In this document: positions 27,815 through 37,328 of the stretch, piece after piece
How the letters are laid out: each line of letters starts with the position of its first letter
How positions within the stretch are numbered: the stretch's first letter is position 1
Program-made: the position numbers and the translations under genes
Origin: Fistulifera solaris
Lineage: Eukaryota
DNA length: 64,000 nucleotides
Direction: 5' to 3'
NCBI GenBank assembly: GCA_030295235.1
Contig: AP026169.1
Location: 744,001 to 808,000, forward strand
Notes under the pieces: generated by a model
What the model was told of the DNA's origin: nothing
What the model saw: the letters and a program-made list of their open reading frames with translations, nothing else
Database searches by the model: none

Positions 27815-29225
27815 TCACAACTCCACTTTTCGATGTGGGTAGAGATCGCCCAGTTCCAAGCACCGTGATAATTCAAACTCGTCGGCCTGCTTTATCTTTC
27901 TTGCCTTCTCTTCTTCTGACGCCATTTTGAGAGTGTTTGCATTTAATTGCAACCTCTTTTTGTAGTTTCTTTGCTTTGTGCATTCTTCAATTAGATACTG
28001 CTCGTAGGCCACCTCGACCATTTGCTCCACTCGTCGTAATTGATAATTGTTCTGAGCATACGTTCGAGCGAAATTGGTGGTAACATAAAAAGGAATGTCG
28101 CGAACTTTTGTCGTTTGCGTCTTCATCAAATTCACAAATGGAGGTTTGCGCTAAAGACAAGTTGTCAGGAACGATGAACATTTGGGCCAATTTACAAGAA
28201 GACCAAGTCAGCGTTCGACTTACCACCAAATTGAAATGCTGACCCTCTCCGGGCATCCTTCCAGACATTGAGGCGCTAGAAGAGCCGTCAGATCGAAAGA
28301 AAGTTGAAAACAGTATCAAGAGGAGCGGCATAAATTGGAAAAGTGCTGAGAGGAAAGAAGCTTGTCGTTCTTCTCTTTCCTGTGGACGGGCTTGACGCCT
28401 TGGACCAGCATTCCGAAAAGGCATTCCTCCTGGACCAAAACCACTTGTGTAGACATGAAATCCTGGCCCTCCACGGTGCATACCAGGCATCCCTCCACCG
28501 AAAAACATGTTAAATATTTCTTCTGGCGAAACCTCCTGTCCTCTATGATGCATATTCATACCACCGCCCCTGGCAGCTCCACGATTGTCAGGGTCCTCAT
28601 CACCGTAACGGTCGTAAATTGTTCGCTTTTGTGGGTCCGACAAAGTTGCATACGCCAAGCCAACGGCTTTGAAAGCTTCATCCGCATTGGGTGCCGAATT
28701 TTTGTCTGGATGAACTTTGAGTGAAAGCTTGCGATAGGCCTTCTTGATTTCGGCTTCACTACATCCCTGGCTCAGTTTTAGAACACGATAATGAGCACCG
28801 CGTCCTCCTTCTTTTGATCGCAACACTTCCTCAACAATTTTGACCTGTTCTTCACTATACGCTCTCCCATTCGCCCCGTTCAAATTTTGCTCCGAGGTAC
28901 TTTGAGAAGGTCGGGAATCTGTGCTATTCGAATGCTGTGAAGTCCCGGTATTACCTGTCGTTGATGAAGAACTATTATTCGCTGATGAAGCCATTTGTGT
29001 CTTTGCGCTCGAAAGTAAAGCATCCACACCCGGAAGAGGATACAGCTGTAAACTCTTTTGTAAAAATTTGATAGCCCGCGGAAAGTCCCCTTGCTTCATT
29101 GCCGCAGCACCCACATCGCGACAGCGTTCAGCTTGTTCTTTGTTGACCTAAATGTTTAAGTGCCGTCAGCCAAAGGACAGTAAATGTTTGAAATATTTTT
29201 TTTTTAAAAATTGACTTACCTCCAT
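27815..29225 (-). CDS. DNAJB12: DnaJ homolog subfamily B member 12/14 (J domain + DUF1977), 3 exons with a 6-nt first coding exon
   Basis: ME|VNKEQAERC N-terminus, HPDKN J domain, SPEEIFNMFFGG, TM helix, C-terminal RVEQMVE..C. Introns ~29149-29219 and ~28151-28223. Confidence 0.88.
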
Positions 29226-29812
29226 AACTCAGCGGAAGAATACGAGAGGAAAAGTGAGGCGACTTGTAGGAAGCTTCGGCTTTCCAGTGCGACGCAAATT
29301 TCGCAATTGATCAGTTCGTTCGCTCGATGAAACTAATTCACAATGGCCATGCAATATCAAGGCAAAGAGCCGATGGTAAGGGAATAATTGAAGGCTGCAC
29401 GAACGAGGAAGAAAGTCTTTGCCCCATCGCGGCGGATCGAGAGAAAAAATCTCGTCCCTCGTCATCATTCGCTTGGCGAACGACAGACGAGAAATGGCGA
29501 AAAAAATACGGACTATCTCTTTCAAATTCCACCTACATTAAGACACCTATAGTCGAACCGTACTTAAAACAAATTTTTCATTCTCGTTAAATGCAGAACA
29601 TCGTAATGAAGCGCGCTCAAATAAAGAGTAAATTTGGCTTAAATTGTGTCTTCAGCAATGTGGATGAAAATAATTTGTACGAAAACACGAAACAAAATCG
29701 TTCGCCAAAATGGCGATCGCGGCACTTTTCTCACCATTTGCCGTTCTTCTTTCGCACGAGACAACCCGTTTTCGATTGTTATTGACAACAACAAAAAGAC
29801 AAGTGAAACAAG

Positions 29813-31291
29813 ATGAATTCAAACATTAACAACAGTCACACTCGAAGCTTCGATGACGATTGGCAGAGCTTTTCCGAGAACGCCTTTTCAGCCGGTCAAG
29901 ACAACGTAGGACCGTCTTTGCCAGTGTCGTCGCCAACGAAAGCATCTTCTTCGGGTGTGATGGATTGCTCATTCACTCTACCGTCTCCGTCTAAAAGTCG
30001 CGCTTTTGGTGACGTGATGCAGCCAAATTGTATTGTTGATATCGCATCTATGAAAACAATAAATTCTTGCGATGCCTCGTTGACTTCAGCTATCCAGAGT
30101 GATATGGTGTCGACTACAGCGGCTTCGGATTGTGGGACCGAGACATCTTCTGTTGCTCATTTACGAGGATGGCTCAATGGCTTTGGAAAACAACATCAAG
30201 AGCATTATTCAAGAACTGCATGTGTAGGCAAGCCGCCCGCAAATGTTCCCTTAGAGAAACCTATTCGGCCCAAAGTACAACCATCAGTAGAAAAAGCTCC
30301 TACTCCACTTCCGTACACGGCCGCGTCAAGACTGGCCAAGAGAATAGAGCCGAAATCGGAGTCAGCCCTCAAAACTCGCGGGAAAACGGTTTGCTACAAC
30401 AAGCCTAGTATTTCCAAGGAAGACGTACAGGCAACAGATGAGGGATATGCATCGGTGGCCCAGCTGTCCGCCTGGTTGGCGAATGATCCTACCAAAACCA
30501 AAAAAGCCCGTCCCATTCGTCGAGGTGCAAACGTCATTGCAAAGTCCAAACAGTTTGATAAGGAGCTCGAGCATGTTGTCTTCGAAGAGAAGGTCGTTCA
30601 CCGAGCAAATGCAGCCAATCGCAAAGTGTGGCTAGAGAACCGCACGAGCATGAGTTCGGAAAAGACAGAAGAGACTGCTGTTGCCGGTTTTACTGCTATG
30701 AAGCCGTTTAATAGGAAGCCACAAGACACTTCACGAGATACCGAAGCTGACGATTCAGTAATGCTTATGAGTGTATCCGAGAAAAAGAAGTGGCTTTCAC
30801 ATGCCTTCGACAAGCAGAAATCTTCAATCCCAGTCAAAAAATGCCTAAAACGAGACACGAAGGAGGAGGCTTCATTGAGCAGCGCCAAGAAAATGTGGCG
30901 AACTAGTGACAATCCCCCGGAACAAACCTACGAGTCTTCGTTCTCGACGTCCGTTTCCTCGGAAGCAGCTGATGTAAGCGCTATTTTCCGAAACTCATCG
31001 GCCGAGTCTTGCACTGCCCACGAGGAGGAGCCTGGAGTAGATTTCCACGCTGCCCGTCGACTGCTCGTAGAACGTTCCAAAGCGAATGGTAATGATGTAG
31101 AAGTCGTTTCGAAAGTTCAGATACGAACCGCAAAGTTCGAAAAGCTCGAGAAAGAGTCTCGACGAGTGTCGGGTGCGCACACTCTGCTCAAATCATCGTG
31201 GGAGGAAGCAGAGGGCGGAAGGCGAAGCAGCTACGTGAAAAAGTACGTTCCGGATATCTGCCCAAAGAAGTCGTTTGATCAGCTTCCGTAG
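29813..31291 (+). CDS. Hypothetical 492-aa low-complexity protein
   Basis: Long uninterrupted ORF with recurring short motifs (SVAHLRGWL, SVAQLSAWL, SVSEKKKWL). No family recognised. Confidence 0.7.
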   Translation: MNSNINNSHTRSFDDDWQSFSENAFSAGQDNVGPSLPVSSPTKASSSGVMDCSFTLPSPSKSRAFGDVMQPNCIVDIASMKTINSCDASLTSAIQSDMVSTTAASDCGTETSSVAHLRGWLNGFGKQHQEHYSRTACVGKPPANVPLEKPIRPKVQPSVEKAPTPLPYTAASRLAKRIEPKSESALKTRGKTVCYNKPSISKEDVQATDEGYASVAQLSAWLANDPTKTKKARPIRRGANVIAKSKQFDKELEHVVFEEKVVHRANAANRKVWLENRTSMSSEKTEETAVAGFTAMKPFNRKPQDTSRDTEADDSVMLMSVSEKKKWLSHAFDKQKSSIPVKKCLKRDTKEEASLSSAKKMWRTSDNPPEQTYESSFSTSVSSEAADVSAIFRNSSAESCTAHEEEPGVDFHAARRLLVERSKANGNDVEVVSKVQIRTAKFEKLEKESRRVSGAHTLLKSSWEEAEGGRRSSYVKKYVPDICPKKSFDQLP

Positions 31292-31442
31292 ACGAACACG
31301 GCAGACCAAGGAACCCCGCCGCTCCATGTATATTGCAGCCTACCACAGAACTAACTCATAAGAAATCAGCTTAGCGGGAAAATACCTCGAAATCAGACAA
31401 CAGAACTAGTTTTCAGTTTAAAAGATTGTTTTTTTGTATCAT

Positions 31443-32620
31443 TTAGCTCGCATTCTCCGAAGACTGTTTGTTGTTCTTCGACCGATAGACCGCATATTCC
31501 CAACCCTGCCACTCGTTTGGCAATACAGCACGACAATTCCCTATATTTGGAAACAAGGCCTGCCGGTTCTTCTGCATCAAGACTAGAAGCTCTGCTAAAA
31601 GGGGACCAACGACATTGCGAGTGGTTTCTATGCTATGCCGTTCGATCTGCAAAAGAACCGGTAATCGCACATACAGACGCAATAAATATTCGCACCCAAA
31701 GTAGTCGATCCAATTGGCGTCGTCTGGCACTGTCGCTTTAAATTCCTCAAATTGCGGACGTTCTTCGGGATACAAGAGCAAGGTAGGGAGAGCCTTTTGA
31801 AACAACAGTTCCAATTGTTCACAAAAAGTTTGTATATCTTCTGCGGTGGGTGCAGAGGGGGCAGTATTTTCCGAGACCTCGGCTTGTTTCGCGAGATATT
31901 TCAACTTTCGTTTCCGAAAATGAGTGAGTACTTTACGCACAGGTACCGGAGCTGGTAAGCAATGCACCATGCGGGCAGGCTTGGTGTATTTCATGGGAGA
32001 GTCGCGCCGATATTTACAGTCCCAGCCGCATCGAGTAATCTTTTCGTATTCATCGACTAGAACAGTCTTCAGAGTGAACGGCAATTCACAATAGTCCGAG
32101 TATAAGTATTTAAGATCGACACTTCTCGTACACGATGTATTGGAAAGTCTTCGTCTGGAGGTAAAAGGCTGTTCATTGCTCGATTTTCTTTTCTTATTTG
32201 TCTTTTCTGCCGAAGAAACCTTCTCTTCATTGTGCTGTGTTTGTTGTTGTTGATATTTGAGCCTGTTTTCCGGCGTATCCGGTTGTAACCAATCGCACGA
32301 AACCCACCGATCCCATCGAGCATTCCAACCTTGATAATGTACAAGAAATTCCCATTCGTCCGGAGAAAGAGCCCGAACCTTTCGTATGATGGCCTCGTAA
32401 AAGCCCCTTTCTCCGTTTTGTCGGCAGCGTAGACGCGCTGATCGATTTGAAACGGTGGCGTTGATTTACGAACGGCAGAGAAAGGTTCATCCATCTGGTC
32501 ATTATTGTTCTCTGCAATGCTCATTTCGTCTTCTTTGACACCGTCAAGTTCCATGGGAGCACCATTCGTGAGACCCAAAGACGTGGATGATGTTTCGGAG
32601 ACGGAGGAAGGCCCGTGCAT
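31443..32620 (-). CDS. MRG15/Eaf3-like chromo-barrel + MRG domain protein, frameshifted
   Basis: Chromo barrel FLVHYQGWNARWDRWV in an alternative frame. MRG domain PFTLKTVLVDEYEKI, LLLYPEERPQF, FGCEYLLRLYVRLP. Confidence 0.82.
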
Positions 32621-32888
32621 TGCTGAGTTGCTAAAGAAACTTCTTTACTTCAACAATGAACACGGAAACGCTTCGCGGCTGTTTACAACAACGGAACGAA
32701 GGATATTTCCTTTTTCAATTCACTCAAAGCGAAAGGAATGGGAAACAATATGATTACAGAAGCAATTGTTGCGTTCAAATACGCTGCTACGATCTACGAT
32801 TGTGTCGAAAAAATGCGGGTCGCAGAGCGTCGCGGATCATCGCGGATCATCGCGGATCGCGCAAAACAGCGTATCCACGGCCAGACGC

Positions 32889-33197
32889 CTATAAACCTCG
32901 TCGTTTTCGCTTGGCCGCCTGATTGGCACGACGGGACCGACGCATATCCACAACGAACTGGAAGACGACCGGAAGTCGTGCTTCTTTCATTCGCGTCAGT
33001 TTCAGTCTCAACTTTTCTCGCAAAGCTTGCATGGGATCGTACATCCAGAAAGCATCATTGCCTTCGTCATGCTTCGAAGCGGGGTCGTTGCGAGGAGGAA
33101 ATCCGCGGGCCACGCCTGGAGATGAATTGTCGTCACTATCATTCATCGCCGTGATGGATTGAGATGACGAAGAGTAATGGAAGGCAGCGTACGTCAT
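32889..33197 (-). CDS. Possible small hypothetical protein (102 aa)
   Basis: ATG-initiated ORF with a basic C-terminus; no motif recognised. Confidence 0.25.
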   Translation of the reverse strand: MTYAAFHYSSSSQSITAMNDSDDNSSPGVARGFPPRNDPASKHDEGNDAFWMYDPMQALREKLRLKLTRMKEARLPVVFQFVVDMRRSRRANQAAKRKRRGL

Positions 33198-33604
33198 GAT
33201 GAATACGAATGATCAAACGATCGGGTCAGTCGAAGGATTCGTGCAAAGATTTGAGGATTGGTGTGACCTGGTGCATTGTGTAGAAGCGATCCTTTTATAC
33301 CGTCTCTCCTTCAACAATGCGATCATGTCGGAACTGGTATTGTTTTAAGACAAGATTCAGTAGAAGGGGTGAAGCTGTGACTTTATTCTAGCAACAAGTG
33401 AAGAAAGTGTCTTGGCACTTGGCAACTGTGTTCGTTGTTTCGGCGTGCCACACGCGCGAGTGAATCACGAGTCACGAAAATCGCTCGCCAATTAATATCA
33501 TCATCTCATTTCATTAAAAAATTAAATGTGATGACCTTGTTTATAAACAAACTTGTTCAGTCTGATTGACACTTTTTAGCAAACAATAAGACTAGATCCA
33601 TTAT

Positions 33605-33802
33605 CCATTGCCAGGTATACTAACTCGCAACACAGAAAACAAAAAGCAAAATGATCAACACCAATTTTTCCCATTGCCAGGTATACTAACTCGCAACACA
33701 GAAAACAAAAAGCATAATGATCAACACCAATTTTTCCCATTGCCAGGTATACTAACTCGCAACACAGAAAACAAAAAGCAAAATGATCAACACCAATTTT
33801 TC
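33605..33802. repeat. 3 x 66-bp tandem repeat abutting the tRNA-Arg 3' end
   Basis: Units start at 33605, 33671 and 33737 (CCATTGCCAGGTATACTAACTCGCAACACAG...CACCAATTTTTC), with one substitution seen. On the minus strand each unit carries TTTTGCTTTTTGTTTT-type T tracts. Confidence 0.97.
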
Positions 33803-33889
33803 CTAGACGGGACTTGAACCCGCAAACCTTCTGATTTATCCTCCGGCACAGAGTAGAAGTCAGACGCGCTGCCATTGCGCCACTAGGAA
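33799..33889 (-). tRNA. tRNA-Arg(UCU) with an 18-nt canonical intron (33836-33853)
   Basis: Acceptor TTCCTAG/CTAGGAA, D arm GCGC/GCGC with A box TGGCGCAATGG, anticodon stem TCTGA/TCAGA with loop CT-TCT-A^A, T arm GCGGG-TTCAAGT-CCCGT. Confidence 0.88.
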
Positions 33890-33938
33890 AGCAATCGACG
33901 TTGTGCCGAAACTTATACAAACAAACTTGCAATTGCTT

Positions 33939-33953
33939 AGTCGCACCGTGCCC
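33939..33953 (-). promoter_or_regulatory. Conserved upstream element of tRNA-Arg (GGGCACGGTGCGACT, starting 50 nt upstream)
   Basis: The identical 15-mer lies 52 nt upstream of the tRNA-like copy (37380-37394). Function is inferred only. Confidence 0.45.
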
Positions 33954-34776
33954 CCAGCAACGGGCTTCTCATGCTTTCGAACAGACATTTGACATCCAAA
34001 TGAGCAAAAACACATTGCCTTCGGTGACCGGAGTTAAGTTTGGGATTTAGCTTCAAAACAGGTGACGGACCCTCTTCCATGTTTTTTGCGGTGTTGTAGA
34101 TCACGGTAGATCCTCCGTTGTTGTTAATTGCGGGAGAAAAGTGCATCTGGACCCAGTTTGCCTGCTTATACCATTAAATAGAGCGCAATGGTAAATCTGT
34201 TATTCGCTTTTTCCTCGTGTGCGGTTTGCGGTTCAACTGTTTATTGGTTGCGAAGGAATACCAAGAGCGGACACGTTGAAGCCACATTTTGATGCAGCGA
34301 ACTGTGGACTGTGGACGCTTGGTGAACATGATTGGTGATTGAAGGTGAACTATGAATGAAACAATGAAACTAATCTACCTGGTACTGTACAAGCAAAGGT
34401 ACAAGTAGTATAATGTAGTAAATAATCGCAAGCCCTGTTGAACACCCACCGCGCGATTCCCTTTCGCAGCCAACAAACAACAAACAACAAACAACAACCA
34501 CAGTTATCACGAACACACCACACCCTTTTCTGCTTTCATTGCACCGTTCGCGCATTCTACCCAGAAAACATATCAATTCTGACACGTCGGCTTGTCTACT
34601 CGTAAAAGAATGATGTTTTCCACACTTCATTCATTTTCCACTCTTCTTTCAATTCCCACGCTCGGTCGATTGAAAATGTCTTTTGCTTCGCCAACACGAC
34701 AATCAACCAACCTTTTGTCACACATCTCAATTCCGAGAAATTTTTCAAGGCTGTTTCAACTCTCATCTTTGTTACC

Positions 34777-36153
34777 ATGAACGACAATGTCAACTACGTC
34801 GCATCAGGCGGAAGCTCCGAACACTTTGGTTCCCAAGTAATCGATCAAAGTCTTTTCGATGACGCCGAAAGCGTGAAAATAATTGATCTGTGTCTTGACG
34901 ACAACAGTAGCAACCAGCCTACTCTGCCCAAGGACGTCGGCCTCGGCATTGCAAGTGCTTCAGGTGACGACTCCAACGACGAGGACAGCGATGTGGTCCT
35001 TGCAGGGGAGACGAACCAGCCCGTGGAACACGCCAAGAACGCTGTGCTGAAAGCAACCGTGAAAGCCAAGCTTGCTCGCATGCAGATGAAACGGCTTCCG
35101 AGTCCCCAGAAATATGCGGCAGAGATGCGATACGCTCGGTCCCCTGCACAACCTGGCACGGCCGAGGAAGAGGAGGACAACGACGAGTACGAGTATGAAT
35201 ACGAGTGCCAAGACGAGAACGTCAACTACCGGCACAATGGCGACTACTCGCGCAATGGCGGCGGCGACGACGACGACGACGACAATGGCAATGACAAAGC
35301 AGAAGGCGAAGACAAAGAACCTTCTCTGGTTGATGGTGTCCAAAAAGAAGTCTTGGATATGGACGCTGGAAGGCCGGTCAACTTCACCCCACAGGTTGCG
35401 ACGCACGAAGAAATGAAAAATTTCAACTTAAAAAATAAGTTCACAGAGTTCGCCGGGAAGAAGATTCGTATCCATCCAGAGTTCATCAACCACTGGTTGA
35501 AGGCCGGCAAGTTGAAGAAAATTCCGCGAAACCTTGACGCTTTGAATGGCGGCGTCACTGAATCGGAACGTGCTCCGTTCCTGCTTGGACAGAACACCGA
35601 CTTTGTTCCATATGACGAGACAATTATACCTGTAACCATTGGTCCGATTGGCTACAAGCGCGACAAAGACGGACACGTTTTGGCAGCAGGCTATCGCAAG
35701 AAAAAATCGGGGGATAAACAATTCAAACATCCAATCGTTTACTTTTATCACGAAGATGGTTTTGTTGTTGCCTGCAAGATCACCCGGGCACAATACATTG
35801 CAAAAAAGGGTGCGATCCAGTCGGGAATGGCTGAGGTTATTGGGGAAAGAATGGCCACTTATCCATCGGGCAAAAATGTAAAGTGTGTTTTTGCACGATC
35901 CTATTCAGTGATGCGTCCCACGCTCGACAAAGAGAACTACCAGCGTCTCACACTCTACTGTGACGTCGTGTCAGGTCATTTCAAGTTGTTCTATTTGTCG
36001 GCAATTGGATTGATTACGTTTGTCGAACCACGCCCCAAGGGTTACATTGCCGATCATTGTGATAGCCCGACCAATGACAGTCTTCAAAATTTGGGATGGA
36101 AAACAGTCAGCGACAACAGCAAGAAGAAAAATCTTCATCCGGATCCAAAGTAA
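34777..36153 (+). CDS. HNH homing-endonuclease-like protein, part 1 (acidic N-terminus + phage I-HmuI-type HNH)
   Basis: RPTLDKENYQRLTLY..KLFYLSAIGLITFVEPRPKGYIADHCDSPTNDSLQNLGWKTVSDN matches the phage HNH pattern Y.R..L....AF.....DH.D...N...NL.W.T..EN. Confidence 0.75.
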   Translation: MNDNVNYVASGGSSEHFGSQVIDQSLFDDAESVKIIDLCLDDNSSNQPTLPKDVGLGIASASGDDSNDEDSDVVLAGETNQPVEHAKNAVLKATVKAKLARMQMKRLPSPQKYAAEMRYARSPAQPGTAEEEEDNDEYEYEYECQDENVNYRHNGDYSRNGGGDDDDDDNGNDKAEGEDKEPSLVDGVQKEVLDMDAGRPVNFTPQVATHEEMKNFNLKNKFTEFAGKKIRIHPEFINHWLKAGKLKKIPRNLDALNGGVTESERAPFLLGQNTDFVPYDETIIPVTIGPIGYKRDKDGHVLAAGYRKKKSGDKQFKHPIVYFYHEDGFVVACKITRAQYIAKKGAIQSGMAEVIGERMATYPSGKNVKCVFARSYSVMRPTLDKENYQRLTLYCDVVSGHFKLFYLSAIGLITFVEPRPKGYIADHCDSPTNDSLQNLGWKTVSDNSKKKNLHPDPK

Positions 36154-36201
36154 GCGTTTCGAGACCGATGTCATTTTCTCCAAGGTCAAAAAACTAACTC
36201 T

Positions 36202-37029
36202 TTGCTCTCTTCCTCAGTGCTGCGCACAAGACCTACAAAATCACGACTCTTTGAAATCAAGGATCCCTGGAACAATCGCCAAGAGATTAGTGTTCTTCCA
36301 GAGACCGACGAACTTGAATTTACTTGGTTTCTATATAATCATGACGAAAACAGTGACGGAGACGAGGTTTATGTCAATGGAACAGGTACTCACGTGTACA
36401 ACAGGACCAAGAAAAAGTACATCTACATCCAAAAAAAAGCATATAGGAATGGTTTCGTGAAGTTGCGACTCGCTATTTTTGTTGGAGGAAAACAGAAGTG
36501 GAAAACGATGGATTTTGGTCGCTTTTGCCTGAGGTGCTTTATTGGCCGCAAGCTCGAGGATTGGGAAACGTGCGAGCACGGAAACCAGAATCGCGAGGAC
36601 AATAGCTATTTGAACCTGTTTCCCCGTCACCGACTCTTTCAAGCCTTCAACAAAACCGTGCACCGTATTGGAAAAAGCAAAGATGGATCCGAAGTTGGCG
36701 TCTACAAAACGGGCAATCATTGGGTGGCGACGATTCGTATGTACACTCCGGACGGACCGACGAGCACGAAACAAGTCTTGGAAACATTTTTGATTGAAGA
36801 CTTAGGGGATGTTCTTGCGAAGCAGAAGGCAGTGGATTTCCGCAGACGTTTTACTCTTCGTGATGGAATGTGTTTTGAGGTTCCTGAACGCGTTGCTCCG
36901 ACGATCGACAACAGGGTCCGTGGTACGAGTGATGGTGTAGCGGAGTTGTCTGATGACATTTTCGTGCCCGATGTCGTCGTTTCTGGAGAACAAAGCATTG
37001 ACGTGCGTCCTTTGCCCAGTCGCAAATGA
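36202..37029 (+). CDS. HNH-AP2 endonuclease-like protein, part 2 (probably exon 2 of the same gene)
   Basis: CFIGRKLEDWETCEHGNQNREDNSYLNL (HNH), then GVYKTGNHWVATIR..F.IEDLGDVLAKQKAVDFRR (AP2 of apicomplexan/phage type). No ATG start; preceded by a branch point and acceptor. Confidence 0.75.
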   Translation: MLSSSVLRTRPTKSRLFEIKDPWNNRQEISVLPETDELEFTWFLYNHDENSDGDEVYVNGTGTHVYNRTKKKYIYIQKKAYRNGFVKLRLAIFVGGKQKWKTMDFGRFCLRCFIGRKLEDWETCEHGNQNREDNSYLNLFPRHRLFQAFNKTVHRIGKSKDGSEVGVYKTGNHWVATIRMYTPDGPTSTKQVLETFLIEDLGDVLAKQKAVDFRRRFTLRDGMCFEVPERVAPTIDNRVRGTSDGVAELSDDIFVPDVVVSGEQSIDVRPLPSRK

Positions 37030-37183
37030 AATCGAAAGAACGAGCACCCTTTGCCAAGTCGCAAACTAAGCGGAGAGAAATGAAGTGCCGAGCGTTTACC
37101 CATTTGTCTTTCATCTGATGGAGAGGATTGAAGATAGGCTTCTTCTTTAATTAAAAGTAAAACAATACTCTGTTTGATTTCAG

Positions 37184-37328
37184 TCTCTAGCTCTAGGATT
37201 GGCCTTCGGATAGTGGCTGGAGAAGTTGGGACGACGACGAGTCTATCAAACAGCACCGGAGTGGACATCGTCTAACGCACAAGGCAGTTTCTTAATAGTC
37301 CAACGCGCTACCATTGCGCCACTAGGAA
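37184..37328 (-). pseudogene. tRNA-like sequence (tRNA-Arg-derived; ATT at the anticodon position, ~80-nt loop insert, T arm/B box lost)
   Basis: 5' part TTCCTAGTGGCGCAATGGTAGCGCGT matches the tRNA-Arg at 25/26 positions. Anticodon stem TTGGA can pair with TCCGA after the insert, followed by AGGCC, a truncated AATCCTAGAG, CTAGAGA and downstream T tracts. Confidence 0.7.

Noticed and set aside
33890..37180. Classical transposon, LTR element or integrated virus
   Set aside because: No TIRs, LTRs, reverse transcriptase, DDE transposase, tyrosine recombinase or capsid genes were visible.
34060..37293. Group I intron in the tRNA-like gene carrying the HNH ORFs (GGCCAATCCTAGAGC, TAGAGACT and GAAGAGGGTCC resemble Q/R/S elements)
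   Set aside because: The matches are short, and the first two are explained as tRNA 3' remnants and a GACTGAAA half-palindrome. I could not build P3/P4/P7, and no free 3' tRNA half follows. An Infernal search with group I models would settle it.
37184..37328. Functional tRNA-Asn(ATT)
   Set aside because: There is no GTTCRA T loop, the acceptor stem is imperfect, and the body matches the neighbouring tRNA-Arg.
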